The position numbers and the translations under genes were made by a program. From contig OZ316894.1 of the NCBI GenBank assembly GCA_973895155.1, positions 18,010,563 through 18,074,562 of the forward strand: 64,000 bases of DNA, written 5' to 3'. Source of the stretch: Marsupella aquatica. Taxonomy: Eukaryota > Plantae > Marchantiophyta. Shown here in pieces: positions 38,727 through 49,884 of this stretch. The notes under the pieces are model-generated. The model was not told the DNA's origin and made no database searches. It worked only from the letters and a program-made list of their open reading frames with translations. The first letter of the stretch is position 1; each line of letters opens with the position of its first letter.

Positions 38727-40949
38727 CTAACTGGAAGGTCTTTGGCAGGCGCTAAACAGGCGCCAAGTAATGAAAGCCATTATCAGTGACGCAGTGATTT
38801 CGAAGCCAACCACCTTAGGGAATTCCCAGTTGAGCCCTCGCAATAAGTAACTGTTATACACAACAACAAGTAGATCAGAGGCGAAATACCTCACCCATCA
38901 ATCCATCAAGTACATGCTATAAAACTAAACAATTCCAACCAGAATCCATTGAGTAAAGTTACATTTGGCGCAAAGAGTGTTATAACTTGCTACTCGAAAA
39001 TAAGGCAGGGGAAGGGGGGATAAGAAATTAACCTGGTGATGGATGGCATTGTGGCGACAAGACCAGCACTCGCATAAATAATTGGTACAAGAGTTGCAGG
39101 CTTGTTCTTACGGAGCCACATAAGTGAACCAAGAGCAGCAAGGCATACTGTGAAAACCTGCTCCAAGAAACATTAAAAGAAACTGAGAAGAAAGTTTCCA
39201 AGAATCTTCTATTCTCGCGAAGTTTTGAGAGTTAAATCATTTAAATGTTGGCTGGTTCCAATACTTCTCACAAGTCCACTACTCACAACATTGATTCAAA
39301 GATGATGTAGTGAAGCCTGACTAAAGACCACAATGAAAAACTAGCTATAAAGAGATGTTTAGGCAAGGTAATCACCAAATTGGCATTCGATTCGATTCCT
39401 TGTAATAGGTAGTCCCAAGTAAACTCCAGACCCCTTGCACCAACCCAAAGAGGAGCTAGCTTGTGTAACAGTGCATCTGCAAGTGCCCAACCTGATGGAG
39501 GAGAGATGGAAAATTTACAAAGAGTCAGAGTTACAATCATCCCTGGTGTTACAATCATAACTCACCACTCTCCATGAAGTTGTAAGCAAATTCATGGCAT
39601 GCCTCAGGGGGTAAAATTTAACTGAATGAGAAGGAAAACAGAAACTGAACGACGCCAAAACCTGATCAGAAAGATCCTGGTTTAACGGATAAGCTCATCT
39701 CAAATAGTTGGATTCAGGAACGGAAACCTTACCGAGGCCAACAGCCTGGAACTTATGCGTTTGAGAGATATTGCGAAAAGTGAGCTGTGTGAGGGCGAAA
39801 TAAAGCCCTAAAACATCCAGAAATCCTATGAGGGCCTTCAACAGTTCCTGAGGACAGACACGATATCTTCAGAATTTAAATCCTGCCCCATACCGTATGC
39901 TGGCATTGAATTTTAGGGAGCTCATCTGAGAGCTCGCAATTTTCTGTGTCATGAAAATGAAAACTAACATGGGCCTGCGTCTTACATACTAAAACCATAT
40001 CCAAGGCAGGAGGGGCTCTACAGCAATCCAAGATCGAGGGATGCAGTTGCACATTGTACCTGGTAGGTATCGAATCCATCACTTTCCGACCCCTGCAGAA
40101 ATGTAGCGAGGCACACTAGCTGCCAAAACCAAAAATCAACTCTCAGCGAATCCCAGTTGACGTGAGATTGTCTTGACTCAATTACCAGAATTCTTCAATA
40201 AATATAAGTACGTCAACCACAATCTGAGAGGTCATTGTAAACCTACCATTTCCCACTCAAATTCACAGTGTTATGACTTTTCAAAGTCGCAGACTTCACT
40301 AGACTAAGGGGATGTGCGTGAAAGTTTCAATGGGTAAGTAAAGCCAAAATTCCAGCAGGAAACCCTAAAACTTTCGAGGTTTGCGTTCTCTCGTGTACAC
40401 TTTCGCAACACAGAAGAGGGATCGACATCAATCTCCCGCACCAAACTGGACGGACCTAGACCCTCGGCGTATTACTCCCCAATTGTGGCAGCAGGTAGAT
40501 TACATTTCGAGTGCATTCTCGAGGGGAGAAAGTAATTGAATTGAACCTGAACTGACCACCTAATTGGCCCAAAGACACAGGTAAAAGCGAAGAGATACGC
40601 ACCAAAAATGACATGACTCGAGAGTGGTCGTACCTTAATGAGTGTCGTCCCTAAATAAACAATCATAGCTTTCAGACTAGTTCCCAAAGTGTCATACTCC
40701 GCCCTGCATTCGATTCGAAACTTTAGCTCAATCTCCTAAACTTCCAATGCCGCTGGCCGGCCGTTCGTTCTCGAGACAGAGAGGCCGAAATTCATCCCAC
40801 AGTAATCCGACGAAATCAAATGAAAATCAAAGCACAACACATCAATCCGGGCAGGGAGGGAGGAGAACGCACAACGGGGTGGCCTGATAAAAGACGGCAT
40901 GGGGACCAAACGTGAGAGCTGCGCAGTTGAGGAAGTGGAAGAGAGTCAT
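38727..40949 (-). CDS. TMEM147: Transmembrane protein 147 (ER BOS complex subunit), 7 exons
   Basis: MTLFHFLNCAALTFGPHAVFYQATPL-AEYDTLGTSLKA...LVCLATFLQ...NISQTHKFQAVGLGWALADALLHKLAPLWVGARGLEFTWDY...MWLRKNKP...CQRPSS*. All introns GT-AG and phase-consistent. Confidence 0.92.
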
Positions 40950-42206
40950 CTCTACAGCTCTGGCTGTAGCTCCAGCTCTGCTCTGCTCAGCTCTGCTCTG
41001 CTCTGCCTGCTCGACTCGACTTCCACACAACTAGCAAAGCCCAAAATTGATGATCCCCTTCCTCACAATGAATCTCCCTCACAATGAACGAATCGTTTCG
41101 TACTTTCGTTCCTTGGGTGGTTGGTTCGCTCGCTCGGGCGTGCGAACTTATGAGAAGTGGGCTTACAGTATTGATCCAACGTGATTTTCACAATTTCACT
41201 GTCGATATGCATATTAGAGTTCGCACTCGGGTTTCATGTGTCCCTCATTTAGTAGTTACGGACCCCACTAGAGGTTCCTTCCAAAATTCCTGGCACCACA
41301 GAGTGTCACGTCAGCAACAACCGCAACAAACAAGAATGGTCATGTTTGCGCAACGAATAAACTCCTCTCCATCTTGTTTACGTCGCTTTTCGTGTAATTT
41401 TATGGACGCCATGCCGTCAAAACATAATGTAAAAGTAATTAAAAGTTCATCCAAATCTATTGATACAAAGGGCGAGATTAAAAACATTCACCCATATTCT
41501 CTTTACTTAAATTTATAAATGTTTTTTTATAAAAGTAAATAGTGTTCAACGTAAACAGTAACCGTATTCCTGTGTAACTGCCGAAATAAAACCGTCAGAA
41601 CAAAAGAAGCACATCAACATTTCGAAAGGGAGGAAGGCTTTTGATGAAAGTAATGAAAAGAGGAAAGCTCGAAAGGAGTTTCGCCTCTTGAAGTGCAAAG
41701 TAAAGAGGAATGTTGGAGAAACAAAATCAAAAAAGATCAGAAGCCGAATGAAGAAAGGAAAAATGAGAACTGATCGAGGACAGAAAAGAGGCGCAGCACA
41801 TCTTAATCAGAAACAAATAGATCGAGCAGAAAGAAGGAGAAGCAAAGAGAATCGATAAGGACATTGACAAGATCGATAAGGACTGATCGACCTCAACTAC
41901 TCTAGCAGATCACTGAAGCTCAACGTAGTAGTCCACTAATCGAATAAAAACAGGTGGGGGTCCACGAACTAATTAGTGCTTTTTAACTACTACGGTAGCT
42001 TGATTACCAGTAGATGAAGACAATAAAATACTTTTTTGCAAAACAAAGATGTTGTTATTCATCTTTGCCTTCAATCATCCCTTTTATTTCTTTCACCCTC
42101 ATTTCTATTTTGTCTTTATTGAGAGTCACTCTTAGTTTTGTCCTTGTTTAAAGTCAATGTCCCTTTTGTTAATCTTTCCAAAAGCAGCCAGACAGTGCTA
42201 CTTTGA

Positions 42207-43030
42207 ATAGGATAATGTCCTGGTTAGAGGGCATTATTCTCATAATGCTCGTAACTAGGACATTAATGTACGTAAAAACTTGAGTGACTTTTTGGTAACA
42301 AACAATAAAAAATGAATCCCTAAAATAGAATATTCAAATTAAAGGGTCATCCAAGAAGTGGTTGTTATGGAATTGGCCAAATATATATGTTATTTAGTTA
42401 TATTAGATTATATTCATAGATTTTTTGTTAGTATCACCATATAAGATTTGTTCATTATCTTGAGATCTTGAATAAAATTTATTATTTTGTTTTATGTGGT
42501 AAAATTATATTTAATTTTTATTTTTACTATATTTATGGTGTTTTGTATAATCCCCTCCTCAAAAAAGGGGTGCTTTATAGAGAATTAATGCACTCAAAAA
42601 TACAAAGAGAAAAGTCACGAAAGTCTTTACGAATAGGATAATGTCCTGGTTAGATGACATTATGAGATATAATGCCCTGAAAAACGAGGGCGGCAGCCCA
42701 AGTTTTGAGGGCATTATTCTCATAATGCCAATAACCAGGACATTAATATGCGTTAAAACTTGAGTGATTTTTCAGTAACAAACAAGAAAAAGTGAATCTC
42801 TGAATAGAAAATTCAAGCAAAAGGGCCTGCAATTGGCCAAAGGCATGAAAGAAGCTAAAAACAAATCTTGTGATTTGATACAAGTTATTTATGTTATTTT
42901 ATTTAGTAACATTTTACCTTTCCTACTTTTGTGATACTTCACATAATGCCCTCCTCAAAAGAAGCGAGTCTTTATGAGAAATCAATGAGAAATCAATGCA
43001 CTCAAAAATACAAAGAGAAAAATCACAAAA
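42207..43030. repeat. ~425-bp imperfect tandem duplication containing a palindromic (MITE-like) segment; second copy interrupted by the copia element
   Basis: GAATAGGATAATGTCCTGGTTAG...AAAACTTGAGTGA...AATGCACTCAAAAATACAAAGAGAAAA occurs twice. Inverted arms AATGTCCTGGTTA / TAAC(T/C)AGGACATT. Confidence 0.8.
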
Positions 43031-43451
43031 TGTTGGAGTTGAATGAGAATGAATATCTGAATAGCCATGAGTGGTGGTACATATAGTCATGTCTGGTGAC
43101 CGGCTGGTCCGGTCATCCGGCTAGAGGTAGAGTCTAACACTCCCCTTTGGATATATAGTGATAACTATATAGACAACATAGACTATATCTATTATATCAT
43201 GTTCATATGAAATACATGATATAAGTACAAGCGAGGTAGATTGCCTCGTTAAAAAACCTTTATCAACTCTAGCTTAGTAAAAACTCTACCAGTGTAGCAG
43301 AGAAAAATATGAGTGCTAAAGGAAAAAGAGTGTAGTCTAACAGTCCTCGTCGTAATAAATGTCAATGTTAAGTAAAGTTAGATGCTATAGTAAATCTAAG
43401 TTTTAACATCTGTTTCATCAGTCGGTCGTCAACAGCATGTCGTCAGCATCA

Positions 43452-46400
43452 TCAAGTATCATGTGGAGCAGTAGCCTCTACGGTCATCATGCGTCGCACG
43501 CTCCGTAGTCCAATCGCCTGGCAGTGTCGGTGGTGAACTGATGGCGATAGTGATTTGGTGAAGAGATCCGCACAGTTGTTTGCACTTGAAATCTGCAAAA
43601 TGTTGATCTCTTTTCCATGTAACTCGTGGGTGTAGAAATTTTTTGGAGCTATATGCTTCACGCGATCGCCTTTGATGAATCCTTTCGTGATCTGCTGTAT
43701 ACATGCTGCGTTATCCTCAAAAATGTTAGTAGGCTTCGTTAGTGGTGGTAGGCCGCATTTGGTGTTGATGTGATTTATAAAGGATCGTAACCAAACGGCT
43801 TCACAACTAGCCTCATGTAGAGCTAAGATTTCTGAGTGATTCGATGAGGTTGCTGTTAGGGTCTGTTTCCCGCTTTTCCAAGAAAAAGTGGTACCCCCTA
43901 TAGTAAAAACATATCCGGTTTGGGATTTTGCGGTATCAGTGTCGGAGAGATATCTGGCATCCGCATATCCTATGAGCTCGTGGTTTGCACCGAATGGGTA
44001 AAATAATCCGGTATCGGTGGTTCCACGTAGATATCTAAATACGTGTTTAACTCCATTCCAGTGTCTGGCTGTGGGAGTTGCACTATGTCTGGATAGTAAG
44101 TTAACTGCAAATGCAATGTCTGGTCTGGTCTGATTTGCTAGGTACATTAATGCTCCTATCGCAGAAAGGTACGGAGTTTCTGGTCCTAATAGTGGTTCAT
44201 GTTCTTCGCATTTGCGAAAATCATCAGTATTGTTTTCTAATGAACGTACGACCATTGGTGACGTCAATGGGTGTGCTAGGTTCATATTGAACTGTTTTAG
44301 GATCTTTTCAGTTTGTGTGGTCTAATGGAGCATCATGCCAGTGGGTAGGATCTCTAGTTGTAATCCTAAGCAAAAGTTTGTATGTCCAAGGTCTTTCATC
44401 TCAAATGTGGATTTAAGATTAGTGATAGTATCTTTTGTAATTTGGGGTGTCCCAAATATATTTAAGTCATCAACATAAATAGAAACGATGACATATTCAT
44501 CATCCACATGTTTAATAAATAAACATGGTGTGATGGCATCATGGGAAAAACCCATGCCAATCATTTCATCAGTAAATCTTTGATACCATACTCTGCCACT
44601 TTGTTTCAGGCCATATAATGCCTTCAACACGCGGATAGCTAGTCCGCGGCGAGTATTCCGTACAGTTGACACAGCGGTGTCGTTGTTATGAGTTACATGT
44701 GTAGATGACACATTAGGTGTAACTTGAGATAATTGTGTTATAATGTTATGTAAATATGGAATATGCGATTTAGCGCCTTGAGCTAAAGCTCGGCGACGTT
44801 GCTCCAACTCATGAGGTGATCGCATGTATAGACAAGTGTCTAAAGTACCATATAAGTATGCAGTTGCAACATCTAGTTGTCGCATCTGTAGTTGGTGGAA
44901 AATGGCAAATCCGATAAGGTATCAGAATGTTGTGCTATCCAGAACCGGTGAGTAGGTTTCATCGTAATGAATTCCCGGTTGTTGGGTAAATCCTTTCCCT
45001 ACCAAACGTGCTTTATAGCGTACAACTTGGCCTTTATCATTTCTTTTGCGGACAAATGTCTACTTGTAGCCAATTAGGTATATGTCTTGTGGTGTTGGCT
45101 CGACTGGGCCAAAAGTGTGTCTGCTTAGTAGGGAATCTAATTCTCCGTTTATAGCTTTTTGCCATTCAGGCCAATCTGGTCTGTTTTGGCATTCTAAGAT
45201 AGATATTGGTTCGGGTGTATCGTCAGTGATATGTGTTGCCACCATTAATGCAAAAGCATCATCTATTAAAGTAGTATTTCTATCCCACATCGCACATGTG
45301 TGTGCATAGTGGATAGAGATCTCTTCATGAGTTGTGGATTTGGTATGATCGACATCAGGTGAAGGTGGTATAGATGAACCACGCCTTCTTGGTTGTTTAT
45401 CCTTTGATCCCAAGGGTCTACCTCGTTTTGCACGAGGTTGGGATGTACTTGCTGGCTCACTTGATAATTCGATGCGAGCAGATGCTCTCGCAGTTGGAAT
45501 ATGTGAGCGGGTAAGTTGTGATGTGTCAACGAAAGCGTCAGGAAGTTCTTCCAAAATCTTGTGGAGTTGCAAAATTCGTTGGACTTCTTTCTCCCCTTGA
45601 TTCGTTCTAAGGTCTTGCCAAAATGGCGAGTGTCTTTCCCACTCCAAAGGTGGTTGTGGGTGTTCAGGGGTTATGAATGGTGGGTAAATGTGTTCATCAA
45701 AATGGCAATCTAGAAATCTGGCTTTAAAAACGTCGCCAGTTGTAGGCTCCATATATCGGATTATGGACGGTGAGTCGAATCCAATGTATATCCCCAACTG
45801 TTGTTGGGGTCCCATCTTGGTTCGTTTGGGTGGAGTAATGGGGACCATTACTTGACATCCAAATGAACGAAGATGTGATAGGTCAGGTTTAATACCATGA
45901 GCAATTTGGTATGGGCTATAGGTATTAAAAGCTGATGGGCGGTATTGGATTAATGCATTGGCCTGTAATATGGCGTGTCCCCATGCTGAGACAGGGAGTT
46001 TTGACTGCATTAGTAATGGGCGTGCAATTAACTGAAGGCATTTTATGATTGCTTCAGCTAATCCGTTCTGAAAGTGCACGTAGGGTACAGGGTATTGTAC
46101 GTCGATGCCAAGTGATGTACAAAAGTCATCAAATGTTTCGGATGTGAATTCCCCTGCATTGTCCACCCTTAGTGTCTTAATGGGGTGATCTGAGAATTGT
46201 GCTTTCACGCGCAAGATTTGCGCCAGGATACGAGGCATAACCATGTTTCTCGTTGAAAGCAGTGTCACATTTGACCATTTAGTTGATGCGTCGATTAATA
46301 CCATGAAGTAGCGGAAAGGTCCACTCGGTGGGTTGATTGGCTCGCAAACATCTGCGTGGATTATTTCCAAGAATTGGGGTATTTTAGTTGGCAATTTTGA

Positions 46401-48110
46401 TGTCGTGGGCCTTGTTATTAACTTGCCGCGTGAGCATGCAGTGCATGGGGTGCTCACTGGGATGTGGCGTGTATTGATTGGAATGCCACTTGAATTCTTA
46501 ATGATTTTTGTTAACATTGATTGGCCAGGGTGGCCAAGGCGTGCATGCCATAGCGCATGCAATTCGCTTGTGTTGGCATTGTTATGCTGACATTCAATAT
46601 GAGTTACATAAAACCCGCAAGGATACGAGAAAAATGTTTCTTTAATTATTTTCCCCGTAGGGGTATTTTCAACCAAGTGAATGACCTCTTGGTCTCTGGT
46701 ATCGCCAGTTTAGACATGTAGCCCATTTGCTCATATATCTCTAAAGCTGAGGAGATTACGAGTTGTGTTTGGGGCAAAAATGGCAGATTCTATGTGTATT
46801 TTGGTACCCTGCGGGAGTCTAATAGAAGCTGGGCCGAAGCCCTCTTCTATTTGACTAGGACCATTTATAGTGGTCAGGGACCTATGTGATGGTGTAATCA
46901 TGTGAAAAAGGTGTTTATCCTGGAGGATAGTATGTGTCGTGGCACTGTCAATGATACATGTGCTTAGACTATTTAAGTCTGGTGTAGTGGAGCTACTGGC
47001 CACTAAGTGTGCCTCGGGTTGGGCGGGTAGGTCTGAGAAGTCTTGGAATGGGTCACTAGACTCCATAAATGCCCCGTGGGTTTCACGGGGTGGTGGCCTT
47101 GAGGTTTGTCCATCCTGGATGGACCGTTGATATAAATCTCTAAGGTGTTGCGGGATTCTACAGTTTCTCGCGAGGTGGTTTGTCATACCACATTCATGGC
47201 ATTTCGGTCGTTCCCGTTGTTGTCGGGATTGTGACCGATCATTCCTACGGTTGTTGTTGTATGGTCTACCACCACCGCGTCCTCCGCGTCCGCCACGTCC
47301 GCCTCGTCCTCCTCGTCCATCTCGTTCTCCGCGTCCTCGAAAGGGTCATTGGGAGTTATATTGTGGACGTTGGTTATAGAAACTCCCCCTGTTGTGGGTG
47401 TTTCTACGGTTGCTATTCTTAGTGCGTTTAGTGCTTTGCCTCGATGTGGAGGGTTCAGCATTTTCTATGTTGTGGGTTTCATTCTCTTGTCCTGAGGGCA
47501 ATGTGCCTGCAGGGCGTTTTCTTGAGTTTACCAAAAGGAGCTCTTGGTTTCTTTCGGTGACTAGGAGGTGGGCTATGAGCTCGGAGTATTGCCCGAACTT
47601 CATGTTTTGATACTGTGTTGATAGCCACACATTCGATGAATGAAATGTTGACAAGGTCTTCTCTAGCAGATCCTTGTCCGTAACTGGCTCGCCACATAGT
47701 GCGAGGGTTGAGGTTATTCTAAAGAGTTCACTATTGTAGGCTGATATCGAGGTAAAGTCCTGGACTCGCAGGTTTAGCCAGTCTTGCCTGGTTCTAGGTA
47801 ATTTGACCAGTTTTTGGTGGTCGAATCGGGTCTGTAGCGCTGTCCATAGTTCCCGAGGGGTCGAAAGGTGCATGTATTGTCTTTGGAGGAATCTATGGAT
47901 ATGGCGTCTCAGGAATACTAGAGCTTTAGATTCGTTGGCTTTAGTCAATGGGTCTGGTTGTGGTTCGCCGATAAGGATAGGTTGAGCGAGCCCTATCGCA
48001 GGGAGTAGGGTTAGCGAGGTTAGGTTTTCTTTTAGGTTCATGGACCATTCTAGGTAGTTTCCGCCATCGATTTCTAGGGCGGGGAAGGTGAGTTTCTCAA
48101 GGTTGGCCAT
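43452..48110 (-). pseudogene. gag-pol polyprotein, single reading frame interrupted by six in-frame stops
   Basis: MANLEKLTFPALEIDGGNYLEW, zinc knuckle CHECGMTNHLARNC, protease IIDSATTH, integrase WHARLGH/CTAC and D-D-E, RT LYGLKQSG and YVDDL, RNase H GYAD/FEDN/ADLFTK. All ORF-track pieces share one frame; stops at 47346, 46731, 46710, 45060, 44922 and 44322. Confidence 0.92.
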
Positions 48111-49730
48111 CTCTAGGGTCCTGGTGTGCAACGGTGGTGTGCGTGTTGATATATAATATATATAGTCAAAAGACAATGCACATTTGCCGCATGCAATGGT
48201 GGAAAAAGGGGTTGAGGAAAGCGATCTAAGTCATTGGCGAGTAAAGCAAGAATGATTGGGTTTTTGCAGAATTTAGGGTTTGCACTTATTAAGTTGGTTT
48301 TCTTTGTAAATGTATAACTGCAAGGTTTCCTTTGTAATTGCTATTTCCTTTGTGAAGCTGTGCAGTTATCCGGTTGTGCACTTAGGGTTGCAGTTATGGG
48401 TGATTGTTTAGTCGTGCCCTGGTTAAGTGCACATGCGTCTTTTGTAAAGTTAATTTTCTTTGTTACAGTGTGCAGTTCTGGAGGTTTTGCGGTTATGTGC
48501 TCTTATTTGGTTAAGTGCATGGATTGCTTGGTGTGCAGGAAATGACTTTGTAAAAACTGTGCAATCAAGGAGGGAGGTTTGCTTATCGGTTTTCTCTCGT
48601 CATCCTGCCTCGCAATGTTGCTCAATTGACACCTCTTGGTGGCCCCCTTCACGCCTCTTCGTGTGACCTTCGAATCTCCGTTTTACTTGTGGCCTTCTTT
48701 CACCGATCGATTTCTGCTCATCATTCTTCTCGATTGAATTTTGTTGTCCCTTATGAAGTCGTGACTTCCTTCCTTCGTCGCTCTATTGTGGCTAACTTTT
48801 CTTTTCTTCTGCTGTGTGTGATCTTAAGTCCGTCTCTCCATTTTTGCCTTCAAAGGTCTCTTCTTCCTGCATTCGGCATTCGCTACTGCCTCGATTCTCT
48901 TCGTCGAGAAAAGTCTTATGGCCTACTGCAAAACTGTGGCGCTCCTATTTCGGCAGCAACATTCTTTCGCTCTCTTTTGGCTCCACTTTTTTTTTCTTCT
49001 CAATCTCTTCAATGCTTCATCCAGACTGCCGTTGTTCGATCAGGTTCTGCTTCTAAGATTTTCTCTTTTACTTTGTTAGTTTGCCTCCTTGCTGGTTCGC
49101 TCCATCGGATTCCTCAGTCTGCCTTATCAACATCGATCTCTTCCGAAAATCGTCTTCGTGCTGTGTTCTTTTCGCCTTTTCGCCTCTTCCCTTCGATAGT
49201 CCAGTACGGTACCGGTGCCTCAATCCTCTATTCCTTTCTTTCTTCCGTAAGAAAACTATCGCGAGTCTAATTTGCACTGCGCTCCTAGTCCGGTTTCGCC
49301 TCGACCTTCAACCTTCAATCGATCGCGATTTTGCTACACCTCTCAGCGATCGTCTATGGACAGTCATCACAACACTCATCTATGAGCAATTAGCACAGCA
49401 GAAACGTTGAGAGCGAAAGCAGCATTAATGGCAATGGAGATGTTTCATGCTTCCTGAAACAATGCAAATTCAATCTAATAGGTCATTGTTCCTTATCTCC
49501 TCCAATCTCCGTAGGCTTTCCAAAGTTTCTTCGCTTCTTCTCCTCCAATGAGTCCGAATCGGTGTCCTTATGAATTCTCTGTCTTTCTGCCCTCAACTCT
49601 TTGATCTTGGGTCCTATGTCCTTATGAATTCTATGTTTCTCGGTCCTCTCGATCCGCCATTCAACCTTCAAAAAAATTCAATCATCCATGGTCTTCTCCT
49701 TTCTCTTTTCGCTCCGCTGGCCGAGACTTT

Positions 49731-49742
49731 GTGCTGATAACG
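49731..49742 (-). promoter_or_regulatory. Primer binding site complementary to the anticodon arm of tRNA-Ile (half-tRNA primer)
   Basis: Plus strand GTGCTGATAACG directly abuts the 5' LTR and matches the tRNA-Ile anticodon stem-loop GTGCT(A/G)ATAACG. Confidence 0.75.
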
Positions 49743-49884
49743 TGTTGGAGTTGAATGAGAATGAATATCTGAATAGCCATGAGTGGTGGTACATATAGTC
49801 ATGTCTGGTGACCGGCTGGTCCGGTCATCCGGCTAGAGGTAGAGTCTAACACAAAAGTCTTTATAAATGTAAAGTGAGGCGCAT

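Larger units (their letters stand above)
43031..49851 (-). mobile_element. Full-length Ty1/copia LTR retrotransposon, Bianca-like, 6821 bp
   Basis: Identical 109-bp LTRs (43031-43139, 49743-49851; TG...CA). TSD CAAAA (43026-43030, 49852-49856). Polypurine tract at 43140-43150; primer binding site CGTTATCAGCAC next to the 5' LTR. Domain order gag-PR-INT-RT-RH. Confidence 0.96.

Noticed and set aside
41570-41960. Purine-rich tract resembling the retroelement leader
   Set aside because: Similar in composition only; no alignable match or termini found by eye.
47340-47350. Programmed frameshift or readthrough between gag and pol
   Set aside because: All fragments are in the same frame. The stop lies before the zinc knuckle and is one of six, so mutation is the simpler explanation.
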